A DNA stretch of 64,000 nucleotides, taken from assembly GCA_002269645.1 (NCBI GenBank), contig NIVC01001787.1, forward strand, positions 1 to 64,000, written 5' to 3'. This DNA is from Macrostomum lignano (Eukaryota). The translations under genes and the position numbers were made by a program. Below are positions 49,058-61,420 of the stretch, one piece after another. The first letter of the stretch is position 1, and the number at the start of each line of letters is the position of its first letter. Under the pieces are notes generated by a model. It was not told the DNA's origin. It made no database searches and saw nothing but the letters and a program-made list of their open reading frames with translations.

Positions 49058-52000
49058 TATGTTCATTCCACTGACCCTTTGAATACTTGAACACGATCGA
49101 ATTCCCTACTTGCATGGTAGTAAGTAGTTTCACTGGCGAAAAAATGGCTCAAATGGCTCAAAATTGCTTAAATGGCTTAAAATTGAAAGATTAGAATTTA
49201 TTGCACTCGCGCACTGCATTGCTGATCTGCAGGATACTGCAAGTTCAACCTGACGGCACAGAAGCCGCATCCGCTGCTCGTGTAGTGCCGTCGCTGCCGC
49301 CGCCGCTGCCGCCGATTCAATCGAAATGTCCAGTCAACGGTAGAATCTTTGCAAACTCTGCTCTGCTGTCCAGACTGCCGCCTCTGTACCCCACCTGTAG
49401 CAGCTCCGCGCACTGCGGGCCAACCCCCGTGCGCAGGTGCGATTGACACCTATCTACGACGAGACTTCAAACATGATTAGCGTTCGGGTTGGCAATTGTC
49501 AGACTGGATTTGATTTTGACGGCGGACAACAGCCCAGACCAGGAGCTTTGAATATTACATGTACGGACTTCGTCCATTTTGCGCGTGTGCATGATGTATT
49601 TATGTACTGTCACACTACAGCTAGCTAAATGTTAGAAGAGGACACTCACGGGCATGCATGGTGCATGTCAGAGGTCATGTACCACACTTTGAAGTGGACT
49701 GGCTGAATTTTACATGCATGATGCAAATATGTATGTGTTGATACATGTATCTGTGTACTGTACTGTACTGAGTAAAGGTAAAGATACAGAAAAGCTTACC
49801 AGATATTCAGCTGGCACAGATGCGAATTAGATGTGATCTCGAATTAATTGTGTTCCAGTTATTTTTTAATTACAACAACAATTCAGCAACAATAAAAACA
49901 ACTAGATGTACAACAGCAACACCAACCAAAACAACAACAACAACAACAACAACAAAAACAACAGCAGCAGTAAGGATGAGGCTCTCGGAAAAGTTGTCAT
50001 GCGGTCAAGTGTTCGCGGGTGTGCAAATAGCGCGCCGCAGCGTCGAGAGCGAGCGGACGAAGTCGTGGGTGCGGGCCCCGCCGTCGCATAGTTTCATTAT
50101 ATGTAAGACCATGCAGAATCTTCAGACGGTCGTGCCCGTGCCAATGGAACTTGCATGGATAACGTACCAGGGGGGGGGGGGGAGGGGCGCAAGGGCAAGT
50201 CAGATTTTCTAATGTGTAAATAAATTATTGAATGACTACATGTAAATAATCAAAAGCAACTTTAATACCTTAGTAATCTGTGCCCCCGCTCAAAAATAGC
50301 AGGATCCGCGTTTTGATATAGCCGATTCTGATTTCAGATCAGATCGAACCATTCATTGCAGAACCTTTACAAATTATAACTTTTCTAAATGTGGAAAGTG
50401 ACCCATGCAGTACAATATTGGTTATTTAAAAAATTCCAAACTTTTACCACAGCTGTTTAGCGACCCTACTTTAATTATCCTCAAAATACAGTTTTAGAAC
50501 AGAAGAAAAATATTCTTAAATTTTAAATTCTGATTCTTGGATCGAAATCAAATCGCGCGTATTCTTAGAACAGCTACGTACCATAGATCTATGTGGTACC
50601 ATGATCCATAGCTCTATAGAGCCTCTTGAGCGCCGTATGAGTGTGTATGACAATTCATGACACCTACAATTTTTCCGAGACATTTATTGCAAATCTATAC
50701 AGTACATATGTACTTTAATTGATTGCTTTGTGGTTAGAACTCAGAAAATTAATATATTAAGTTTCAGACTGGACATTTCAGAACCTCCAGAAGAATGGAG
50801 GTTCTGAAGAATCTCCAGAAGAATGATAAGATCCGAAATAAATGTTAATTTAATAAATTCAATAAATGTTAAATGCCTAGCGACCATTCCGAGTCCCCCA
50901 CCCATGAGCCTTGATATCTTAGCAATCCCCATGAGCTTTGAACTGTCAACAATTCCTCCAATAAACATTGAGCCACAGTATACCAGCATTGCCAGCAATC
51001 AGGGCTATTTTATTTCATAAATAAATGATTTGATCTTGGTTTTTTGCTAGCATTAAGCATTAGGCCTAGGATGAAAAATTGCATATCTATTCTATGGTCC
51101 AATTTCAGGATGTAAGTTGGAAAGTCAGGATGCTATATAGCATTTCTATTGCATATAAAACCTAGGATTTGATGGTCATTCAGTATTAAATCAACTAAGA
51201 CAAAAGGCAACATGCCATATATTGAAAGTCAAGTTTAAGCAATTATGTTATATAGAATATATTATAGTTTTGTATATGTAAGTGGCATAAGCCTAAGCAT
51301 AGCCTAGCCTAGTTGTCTAGCATGGTACTCTTAAGTTATATTTATATTATATATTACCAATTAGTAGTTTACTATACATATTTCAAAATATAATCATATT
51401 AATTTAGGATTAGATACCTGTTCACACTGCTTATATAGCATCATATATAAGACCAAATTTTATATTTAACAAGTGCATAACATTTTATATAACTTAGAAA
51501 TTTTCTGTTTTATTTTTCTTATTAATTAATATATACATTATATAGTAGTATTAAACAAAATAAAGTTAATCTACTCAATGAATGTAATTTATTCAATACT
51601 AAATAAGTAAATCAATTTATTTGTCCATAATTTTGCATAAATAGGCCAAATTTAAGCCTAAGGACCTACTAAACCTAAAAAAATATAATGATAACAATTT
51701 AATGCTAGTATTCATATGATATAAAAGCAAGTTTTTTTCTTATAGTTATAAAATACTAGAAGTAGTATTTGAAAAATTAATAATGACAACAATAGTTTTA
51801 ACCTATCACTTATAAACAGTGTCATATTTATTTATTTATTTATTTATTTATTGTATAAGAAAAATGCCTCAAGGATTTCATTTGTCTTAGCTCTAGCCCC
51901 TGCCCCCTACTATCCCAACCATACATTTCACATAGCATAAAAAATCTCTATTACTTGAATCCCTGACCCTAGAAACTTGATAGTTCTTCTTATAAAGCTT

Positions 52001-52236
52001 TAAAAATATCAACATTCATTCATTCCCATCCACTGTTCTAACCTCTACCTATGAAATCAAAGTCTCCAATGGTCTTTTAAGTCTCAGTCATTAAGTGATA
52101 TGATGCTGCTCTTGAGTAAATCAAATAGGTCAATACACAATAGCAGAGTTCCAGTGTCATCATGCTTCTGTTTTCCTGAAAACATGCCAACCATTCCTTA
52201 AACATTGTAAAACAATCTTGCTGCTTAGCTGTAATA

Positions 52237-52644
52237 ATGGTACTGCTGTGCAGCTCGCTGGAGCCGCGGATCTCGGATGCCAACTGTCTCAGACTGGACC
52301 AAGCTGACCGGACTGACTTTCAAAAGCTGCTAGTGGAGCTCACCGAATGTGCCACAGATAATCTGCAGTATTACGAGGCTCAATCTGGCGATACCGAACT
52401 CAAATTTGCCAGCCAATTTAGCAAATTAATCGACCTAATTGATGGCAATATTCGGCCACTGTCCGAGTCGCTATTTGGCATGGCCAGGCGGTACGACTTT
52501 GCCGGCATGAGGGCTAATGGCTATCGGAGTCTGCTGTTTGTTACTGAGCGCTGCTGCCGCCGCCTGCTCAATGTGGCTACTCACGTGAGGAATGGCCGCC
52601 AATCGCTGCTATTTAGATCTGGCCATTATCAACGAGAGCTTAAG
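52237..52644 (+). CDS. LIPE: Hormone-sensitive lipase exon A
   Basis: As 43082-43489; acceptor-like cttAG 8 nt before the ATG. Confidence 0.9.
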
Positions 52645-52759
52645 GTGAGTCTAATTAATATCTAATGATATCTATATGGTTATTTCTATTTTATAAATGT
52701 AATATGATTTGCTGGTAGATGATATTGGGATACTTGGAATTTTTTAGGATTGAGATCTA

Positions 52760-53100
52760 TTTGGATAATCTGTGAAAATCGATTGGGATAATCTGTGACA
52801 GATCTATTGGGATAATCTATGACAGATTTATTGGGATAATCTATGACAGGTCTATTGGGATAATCCGTGACAGATCTATTGGAATTAATCTATGAGAGAT
52901 CTATCGGGATAATCCGTGACAGATCTATTGGAATAATCTATGACATCTATTGGGATAATCTATGACAGATCTGTTGGGATAATCTATGACATCTATTGGG
53001 ATAATCTATGACATCTGTTGGGATAATCTATGAAATCTATTAGGATAATCTATGACATCTGTTGGAATAATCTGTGACACATCTATTAGGATAATCTGTC
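52760..53100. repeat. 22-24-bp intronic minisatellite, copy 2
   Basis: Duplicate of 43605-43945. Confidence 0.9.
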
Positions 53101-53226
53101 TATTAGTATACTTTAAGACCTGTTGTAATGTTACTAATTTTATAATTTATTATCTCGAACTACTTTCTGCCAAATGAATCAGTTTCGATTGACCTCCTCT
53201 GACCCCCTCTGCCCCCCCCTGCCCAG

Positions 53227-53775
53227 GCGTACATATCCTGCTTAGACCAGCTGCACTACTGTCTGCACTATGCGGAACGCCTGCCAGCATTCAGCGCGCC
53301 CGGATCCTTATTCGTTGACGAATCAGTGTACACAACAGATCCCGAGGCCAAGGATCTCATGCTGCAGGCCGAGTGCATCGCTCAGGAGTGCTTCTACGGT
53401 CGCTGTCTCGGCTTTCAATTCTGCGACTCAGTGCACGCCACCCTGCTAGCGATCAGCATCGGCATGGCCACATTTGCCGAGGATTATAAGAATAGGGATA
53501 GGCGCGGATTAGCCAAGTGGGCCAGCACCTTGGCCAACTCTAGCCGGCATCTGTACGATCACGAGGGTCGAGCAGCCGCCGTAGTCAATATGACTAGAAA
53601 TGCTACCGTGGATTTCTGTCTGAGATTTTGGAATAGCGCAGAGAATCCGTTCTTCCAGAGTCTGCCGATGATTATGTGCCCTTCGCCGGCTGTTAGCGAG
53701 GTCTTCCACATACCACCCACCGCTTTCCAGCTGCCTAGGGTTCTGCCGCATTCTCCTGGAGCTTTCTATTCGCAG
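53227..53775 (+). CDS. LIPE: Hormone-sensitive lipase exon B
   Basis: CFYGRCLGFQF hallmark; acceptor gcccag, donor gtacga. Confidence 0.92.
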
Positions 53776-53784
53776 GTACGAGAG

Positions 53785-56700
53785 CGATTCCGGATGAGGG
53801 TTTGGCGATTCTGGATGAGGGATGGGGCGATTCTGGATTAGGGATGGGGCGATTCTGGATGAGGGATGGGGCGATTCCGGATGAGGGTTGGGCGATTCTG
53901 GATGAGGGATGGGCGATTCTGGATGAGGGATGGGGCGATTCAGGATTAGGGATGATGGGGCGATTCTGGAGTAGGGATGGGGCGATTCTGGATGAGGGAT
54001 GGGGCGATTCTGGATTAGGGATGGGGCGATTCTGGATGAGGGATGGGCGATTCTGGAGTAGGGATGGGGCGATTCTGGATTAGGGATGGGGCGATTCTGG
54101 ATTAGAGATGGGGCGATTCTAAAGTAGGGATGGGGTGATTCTGGATGAGGAATGAGGCGATTCAGGATTAGGGATGATGGGGCGATTCTGGATTAAGGGA
54201 TCGTGTATGGATTCTTGAAAGAGGGATGGGGCAATTCTAGATGAGGGATGAGCGATTTTTGGATTAGGGATGGGGCGATTCTGGATTAGGGATGGGGCGA
54301 TTCTGGATCTGGGATGGGGCGATTCTGGTTTAGGGATGGGGCGATTCTGGATTAGGGATGGGGCGATTCTGGATCAGGGATGGGGCGATTCTGGATTAGG
54401 GATGGGGCGATTCTGGATCAGGGATGGGGCGATTCTGGATGAGGGATGGGGCGATTCTGGATTAGGGATGGGGCGATTCTGGATTAGGGATGGGGCGATT
54501 CTGGATTAGAGATGGGGCGATTCTGGAGTAGGGATGGGGCGATTCTGGATGAGGGATGAGCGATTTTTGGATTAGGGATGGGGCGATTCTGAATTAGGGA
54601 TGGGGCGATTCTGGATCAGGGATGGGGCGATTCTGGATCAGGGATGGGGCGATTCTGGATCAGGGATGGGGCGATTCTGGATGAGGGATGGGCGATTCTG
54701 GAGTAGGGATGGGGCGATTCTGGATGAGGGATGGGGCGATTCTGGATTAGGGATGGGGCGATTCTGGATTAGAGATGGGGCGATTCTAAAGTAGGGATGG
54801 GGTGATTCTGGATGAGGGATGAGGCGATTCAGGATTAGGGATGATGGGGCGATTCTGGATTAAGGGATCGTGTATGGATTCTTGAAAGAGGGATGGGGCA
54901 ATTCTAGATGAGGGATGAGCGATTTTTGGATTAGGGATGGGGCGATTCTGGATTAGGGATGGGGCGATTCTGGATCTGGGATGGGGCGATTCTGGATTAA
55001 GGATGGGGCGATTCTGGATTAGGGATGGGGCGATTCTGGATCAGGGATGGGGCGATTCTGGATTAGGGATGGGGCGATTCTGGATTAGAGATGGGGCGAT
55101 TCTAAAGTAGGGATGGGGTGATTCTGGATCAGGGATGGGGCGATTCTGGATTAGGGATGGGGCGATTCTGGATTAAGGGATCGTGTATGGATTCTTGAAA
55201 GAGGGATGGGGCAATTCTAGATGAGGGATGAGCGATTTTTGGATTAGGGATGGGGCGATTCTGGATTAGGGATGGGGCGATTCTGGATCAGGGATGGGGC
55301 GATTCTGGATTAGGGATGGGGCGATTCTGGATGAGGGATGGGGCGATTCTGGATTAGGGATGGGGCGATTCTGGATGAGGGATGGGGCGATTCTGGATTA
55401 AGGATGGGGCGATTCTGGATGAGGGATGGGGCGATTCTGGATGAGGGATGGGCGATTCTGGAGTAGGGATGGGGCGATTCTGGATGAAGGATGGGGCGAT
55501 TCTGGATTAGGGATGGGGCGATTCTGGATTAGAGATGGGGCGATTCTAAAGTAGGGATGGGGTGATTCTGGATGAGGGATGAGGCGATTCAGGATTAGGG
55601 ATGATGGGGCGATTCTGGATTAAGGGATCGTGTATGGATTCTTGAAAGAGGGATGGGGCAATTCTAGATGAGGGATGAGCGATTTTTGGATTAGGGATGG
55701 GGCGATTCTGGATTAGGGATGGGGCGATTCTGGATCTGGGATGGGGCGATTCTGGATTAAGGATGGGGCGATTCTGGATTAGGGATGGGGCGATTCTGGA
55801 TCAGGGATGGGGCGATTCTGGATTAGGGATGGGGCGATTCTGGATTAGAGATGGGGCGATTCTAAAGTAGGGATGGGGTGATTCTGGATCAGGGATGGGG
55901 CGATTCTGGATTAGGGATGGGGCGATTCTGGATTAAGGGATCGTGTATGGATTCTTGAAAGAGGGATGGGGCAATTCTAGATGAGGGATGAGCGATTTTT
56001 GGATTAGGGATGGGGCGATTCTGGATTAGGGATGGGGCGATTCTGGATCAGGGATGGGGCGATTCTGGATTAGGGATGGGGCGATTCTGGATGAGGGATG
56101 GGGCGATTCTGGATTAGGGATGGGGCGATTCTGGATGAGGGATGGGGCGATTCTGGATTAAGGATGGGGCGATTCTGGATGAGGGATGGGGCGATTCTGG
56201 ATGAGGGATGGGCGATTCTGGAGTAGGGATGGGGCGATTCTGGATGAAGGATGGGGCGATTCTGGATTAGGGATGGGGCGATTCTGGATTAGAGATGGGG
56301 CGATTCTAAAGTAGGGATGGGGTGATTCTGGATGAGGGATGAGGCGATTCAGGATTAGGGATGATGGGGCGATTCTGGATTAAGGGATCGTGTATGGATT
56401 CTTGAAAGAGGGATGGGGCAATTCTAGATGAGGGATGAGCGATTTTTGGATTAGGGATGGGGCGATTCTGGATTAGGGATGGGGCGATTCTGGATGAGGG
56501 ATGGGCGATTCTGGAGTAGGGATGGGGCGATTCTGGATTAGGGATGGGGCGATTCTGGATGAGGGATGGGGCGATTCTGGATTAGGGATGGGGCGATTCT
56601 GGATTAGAGATGGGGCGATTCTAAAGTAGGGATGGGGTGATTCTGGATGAGGGATGAGGCGATTCAGGATTAGGGATGATGGGGCGATTCTGGATTAAGG

Positions 56701-57265
56701 GATCGTGTATGGGTTCTTGAAAGAGGGATGGGGCAATTCTAGATGAGGGATGAGCGATTTTTGGATTAGGGATGGGGCGATTCTGGATTAGGGATGGGGC
56801 GATTCTGGATTAGGGATGGGGCGATTCTGGATTAAGGATGGGGCGATTCTGGATTAGGGATGGGGCGATTCTGGATCAGGGATGGGGCGATTCTAGATTA
56901 AGGATGGGGCGATTCTGGATTAGGGATGGGGCGATTCTGGATTAGGGATGGGGCGATTCTGGATTAGGGATGGGGCGATTCTGGATCAGGGATGGGGCGA
57001 TTCTGGATTAAGGATGGGGCGATTCTGGATTAGGGATGGGGCGATTCGGGATTAAGGGATCGTGTATGGATTTTTGAAAGAGGGATGGGGCAATTCTAGA
57101 TGAGGGATGAGCGATTTTTGGATTAGGGATGGGGCGATTCTGGATTAGGGATGGGGCGATTCTGGATCAGGGATGGGGCGATTCTGGATTAGGGATGGGG
57201 CGATTCTGGATTAAGGGATCGTGTATGGATTCTTGAAAGAGGGATGAGGCAATTCTAGATGAGGG
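53785..57265. repeat. 22-bp G-rich minisatellite (TTAGGGATGGGGCGATTCTGGA) with 760-bp higher-order repeat
   Basis: Period 22; landmark variants recur at 54861/55621/56381 and 55174/55934. Confidence 0.97.
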
Positions 57266-57899
57266 ATCCATCATCCTTGCTTGTTAAAAGCGATTTGAAA
57301 GTTTTTTTAATTAAGAAATAATAACAGACTATTTCTCAGTGTCAAGTGGCAGAATCTGTTCAATAAAACTATTAATAGACCTGACAGGCAATGCGTCAAG
57401 CATTTTTGCATCTAGAAATTTCCGTTCAATGTTTTTAGATAATCAGCACACGCAAAGTCTGAAATTTTCAGTCTGACCACATTTCATACGGGTTTCTTGT
57501 GTTATTCAAGTTTAGACTTTGGAGCTGACACGACTATTGGCGCAGGCTATGCTTGTGCAGCGGTCAGTCCTAGTTGACCCCGCCCTCACTCCCCCCTAGC
57601 TGAGCCACGCATGGTCTCTCTCTCAGCTACATTTATAGGTCTTAAGCAGAAGTAACCAACTAGCAGCTATTCTTATTTTCAATTGTGTTTTGCCACGTGT
57701 TGTTGTGATGGCAGCTAAATTGTTTCCTGACCCTAAGTTAGTTAAACTATGGTTTAGAAAGTTGAAAGAATATTGAGGTTGAAAAATAGCTGCGCATTAG
57801 AGCTAATTACTGTAGCATAATTGGTTGGGTGTGCCATAGGTTATGCGACTGAATCTCGGTCTGTTGTACTGAGTCTGCGATCGTGTGATTTAATATTGA

Positions 57900-58383
57900 G
57901 ATTGCAACCCCCTCTGCTGTACTTAGTCTGTGATGATCACGTGATTGCAACCCCCTCTGCTGTACTTAGTCTGTTATGATCACGTGATTGCAATCCCCGC
58001 CAGCTGTACTTTGTCTGTGATGATCACGTGATTGCAATCCCCGCCAGCTGTACTTAGTCTGTGATGATCACGTGATTGCAATCCCCGCCAGCTGTACTTA
58101 GTCTGTGATGATCACGTGATTGCAACCCCCTCTGCTGTACTTAGTCTGTGATGATCACGTGATTGCAATCCCCGCCAGCTGTACTTAGTCTGTGATGATC
58201 ACGTGATTGCAATCCCCGCCAGCTGTACTTAGTCTGTGATGATCACGTGATTGCAACCCCCTCTGCTGTACTTAGTCTGTGATGATCACGTGATTGCAAT
58301 CCCCGCCAGCTGTACTTAGTCTGTGATGATCACGTGATTGCAATCCCCGCCAGCTGTACTTAGTCTGTGATGATCACGTGATA
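57900..58383. repeat. 43/44-bp palindrome-rich minisatellite with 11 ATCACGTGAT E-boxes
   Basis: CACGTG counted 11 times between 57938 and 58380. Confidence 0.97.
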
Positions 58384-58492
58384 CCCGCGTGATGTGCTTT
58401 CTTCAATCGCTTGAACAACAAATGTTGCTTTACTTTGTGTTTGCAATAGAAAAAAATTAAGTTTCAGTATCAACTCCCAATGTGCTTCGCAG

Positions 58493-59755
58493 ATTCCCGA
58501 CAAGGTGAACATCGCTCCGCCAGTGGCGCACCGCGGCCCCGACGCTGTCGCCTGTCGACTACTGTGCCATCGGGCCCGCGTCGGCATGACCTGGTTGCTA
58601 GGAAACCTGCCCCCAGACACGGTGGCCCCCTCCAATTGTCTAATCTTTCACGTTCACGGAGGCGGCTTCGTGGCGCAGAGCTCCCGCAGCCAGGAGGTGT
58701 ACCTGCGCCACTGGGCCCGCGACCTCGACTGTCCAATAGTCAGCGTAGACTACAGCCTAGCGCCAAAGAATCCGTTTCCCCGCGCTCTTGAAGAGGTGTT
58801 CTTCAGCTACGCCTGGTGCCTGAACAACTTCCGCGCATTAGGCAGCACCGGACAGCGGATTATCGCCGTTGGCGACTCGGCCGGCGGCAATCTAATCCTG
58901 TCTATGAGCATCCGCTGCGTGCAGTTCGGCATCCGGCCGCCGGACCTGCTGCTGCCCATCTACACCCCCGCCCTGATTCGGTTCACGCCGTCTCCGTCCC
59001 GCCTGATGGCCATCATGGATCCGCTGCTGCCTGTCGGCATTCTGACCCGCTGTCTGCTGGCCTACGCCGGCATCGACGAGGGCTCTTTGCTCGGACAGCT
59101 GGCCGAGAATGGCCTGGCCGCGTCGTCGTCGTCGGCGAATGCGGCTGCGGCTGCGGCGTCAAAATCTTCGGCGCCGCCGGACAGCGCGCATTCGGACGAG
59201 ATTTTCTCCTGGGACGATTGGACGGCTGGCGAGCCGGCCGGCGATGAAGCTTCGTCTTTGTCGTCGAGCGGCGTCTGCGGCCGCCTGCCGGTAAGTCGAT
59301 CGGCGCCGGCGCTGCCCCAGCAGCTGCAGTCGCCGAGGCCGGAGCGGCGGCGTCAGGCTCAGCAGCAACAGCAGCGGGGAGCCTCGGAGCTGGACTTCCT
59401 AGCCCAGTTGGGCGAGCGACATTTTGCCCAGAGTCCGATCGAGACCCCGCTGACAAAGATTCGCATCGCCGGGCCGTTCATCATACCGCTGGACCCGTTC
59501 ATGAGTCCCTACCTGGCCGACGATGCCGACTTGGCCCGCCTGCCGCCCGTGCACATGATCGCCTGCCGTCTGGACCCCTGCCTTGACGACAGCATCATGC
59601 TGGCTAGGAAACTGTCCGAGCTTGGCCGGCCAGTTAAGCTGGACGTGCTTTCCGATTTGCCGCACGGCTTTCTTAATTTTAATTTGACCAGCCGAGACGC
59701 CAAGGCCGGATCGGATTTTGTGGTGCAACGACTGAGAGAGGCCATGTCCGATTGA
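58493..59755 (+). CDS. LIPE: Hormone-sensitive lipase exon C (catalytic domain)
   Basis: HGGGFVAQ, DYSLAP, GDSAGGNL nucleophile, DPCLDD and LPHGFLN triad residues; acceptor ttcgcag at 58492, phase 0. Confidence 0.97.
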   Translation: MPDKVNIAPPVAHRGPDAVACRLLCHRARVGMTWLLGNLPPDTVAPSNCLIFHVHGGGFVAQSSRSQEVYLRHWARDLDCPIVSVDYSLAPKNPFPRALEEVFFSYAWCLNNFRALGSTGQRIIAVGDSAGGNLILSMSIRCVQFGIRPPDLLLPIYTPALIRFTPSPSRLMAIMDPLLPVGILTRCLLAYAGIDEGSLLGQLAENGLAASSSSANAAAAAASKSSAPPDSAHSDEIFSWDDWTAGEPAGDEASSLSSSGVCGRLPVSRSAPALPQQLQSPRPERRRQAQQQQQRGASELDFLAQLGERHFAQSPIETPLTKIRIAGPFIIPLDPFMSPYLADDADLARLPPVHMIACRLDPCLDDSIMLARKLSELGRPVKLDVLSDLPHGFLNFNLTSRDAKAGSDFVVQRLREAMSD

Positions 59756-59802
59756 TCTGCAGTTTTTTAATCAATAATTATTCTCTGTTACCTGGATTTA
59801 AC

Positions 59803-59808
59803 AATAAA
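59803..59808 (+). terminator. Polyadenylation signal of LIPE
   Basis: AATAAA 48 bp after the stop codon. Confidence 0.6.
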
Positions 59809-59914
59809 GCATGTACTTAATAACTTTCGGCCGATTTTTAGCCTTGCAGTTTACGTTTTTCAACTGCAAATTAGAGATAGGAAAGTTTGATTTTTTAAAG
59901 TATGGATTCGGAGC

Positions 59915-61420
59915 TAAGATTAGAGTTCTTGATCTGGGGATTTGGGACTGGGATTATTGGGTTTTAGATCTGGGGATTTGGAACTGGGATTATTGGGTTC
60001 TAGATCTGGGGATTTGGGACTGGGATTATTGGGTTTTAGATCTGGGGATTTGGGACAAGGATTATTGGGTTTTAGATCTGGGGATTTGGGACTGGGATTA
60101 TTGGGTTTTAGATCTGGGGATTTGGGACTCTGATTATCGAGTTCTAGATCTGGGGATTTGGGACTGGGATTATCGGGTTCTAGATCTGGGGATTTGGGAC
60201 TGGGATTATCGGGTTCTAGATCTGGGGATTTCAGACAGGGATTATCGAGTTCTAGATCTGGGGATTTCGGACTGGGATTATCGGGTTCTAGATCTGGGGA
60301 TTTCGGACTGGGATTATCGGGTTCTAGATCTGGGGATTTGGGACTGGGATTATCGAGTTCTAGATCTGGGGATTTGGGACTGGGATTATCGAGTTCTAGA
60401 TCTGGGGATTTGGGACTGGGATTATTGGGTTCTAGATCTGGGGATTTAAGACAGGGATTATCGAGTTCTAGATCTGGGGATTTCGGACTGGGATTATCGG
60501 GTTCTAGATCTGGGGATTTCGGACTGGGATTATCGGGTTCTAGATCTGGGGATTTCGGACTGGGATTATCGGGTTCTAGATCTGGGGATTTCGGACAGGG
60601 ATTATCGGGTTCTAGATCTGGGGATTTCGGACAGGGATTATCGGGTTCTAGATCTGGGGATTTCGGACTGGAATTATCGGGTTCTAGATCTGGGGATTTC
60701 GGACTGGGATTATCGGGTTCTAGATCTGGGGATTTGGGACTGGGATTATCGGGTTCTAGATCTGGGGATTTCGGACAGGGATTATCGAGTTCTAGATCTG
60801 GGGATTTCGGACTGGAATTATCGGGTTCTAGATCTAGGGATTTGGGACTGGGATTATCGGGTTCTAGATCTGGGGATTTCAGACAGGGATTATCGAGTTC
60901 TAGATCTGGGGATTTCGGACTGGGATTATCGGGTTCTAGATCTGGGGATTTCGGACTGGGATTATTGGGTTTTAGATCTGGGGATTTCGGACTGGGATTA
61001 TCGGGTTCTAGATCTGGGGATTTCGGACTGGGATTATCGGGTTCTAGATCTGGGGATTTCGGACTGGGATTATCGGGTTCTAGATCTGGGGATTTGGGAC
61101 TGGGATTATCGGGTTCTAGATCTGGGGATTTGGGACTGGGATTATCGAGTTCTAGATCTAGGGATTTGGGACTGGGATTATCGGGTTCTAGATCTGGGGA
61201 TTTGGGACTGGGATTATCGAGTTCTAGATCTAGGGATTTGGGACTGGGATTATCGGGTTCTAGATCTGGGGATTTGGGACTGGGATTATCGGGTTCTAGA
61301 TCTGGGGATTTGGGACTGGGATTATCGGGTTCTAGATCTGGGGATTTGGGACTGGGATTATCGGGTTCTAGATCTGGGCAGTTGGGTCTGGGATTATCGG
61401 GTTCTATATCTGGAGATTTT
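59915..61420. repeat. 36-bp minisatellite (TAGATCTGGGGATTTGGGACTGGGATTATCGGGTTC), one G4 motif per unit
   Basis: Four G-tracts of 3 or more per unit; ~41 copies. Confidence 0.97.

Larger units (their letters stand above)
45067..54223 (+). repeat. Tandem segmental duplication, copy 2
   Basis: Junction …CTTGAAAG-AG-TTGCTATAAA with 2-bp microhomology. Confidence 0.97.

Noticed and set aside
25640-61420. Consistent G-rich sense-strand bias of intronic arrays
   Set aside because: FIG4 intron 3 and LIPE intron 2 are G-rich on the sense strand, but FIG4 intron 1 and the TSP1-like intron are C-rich.
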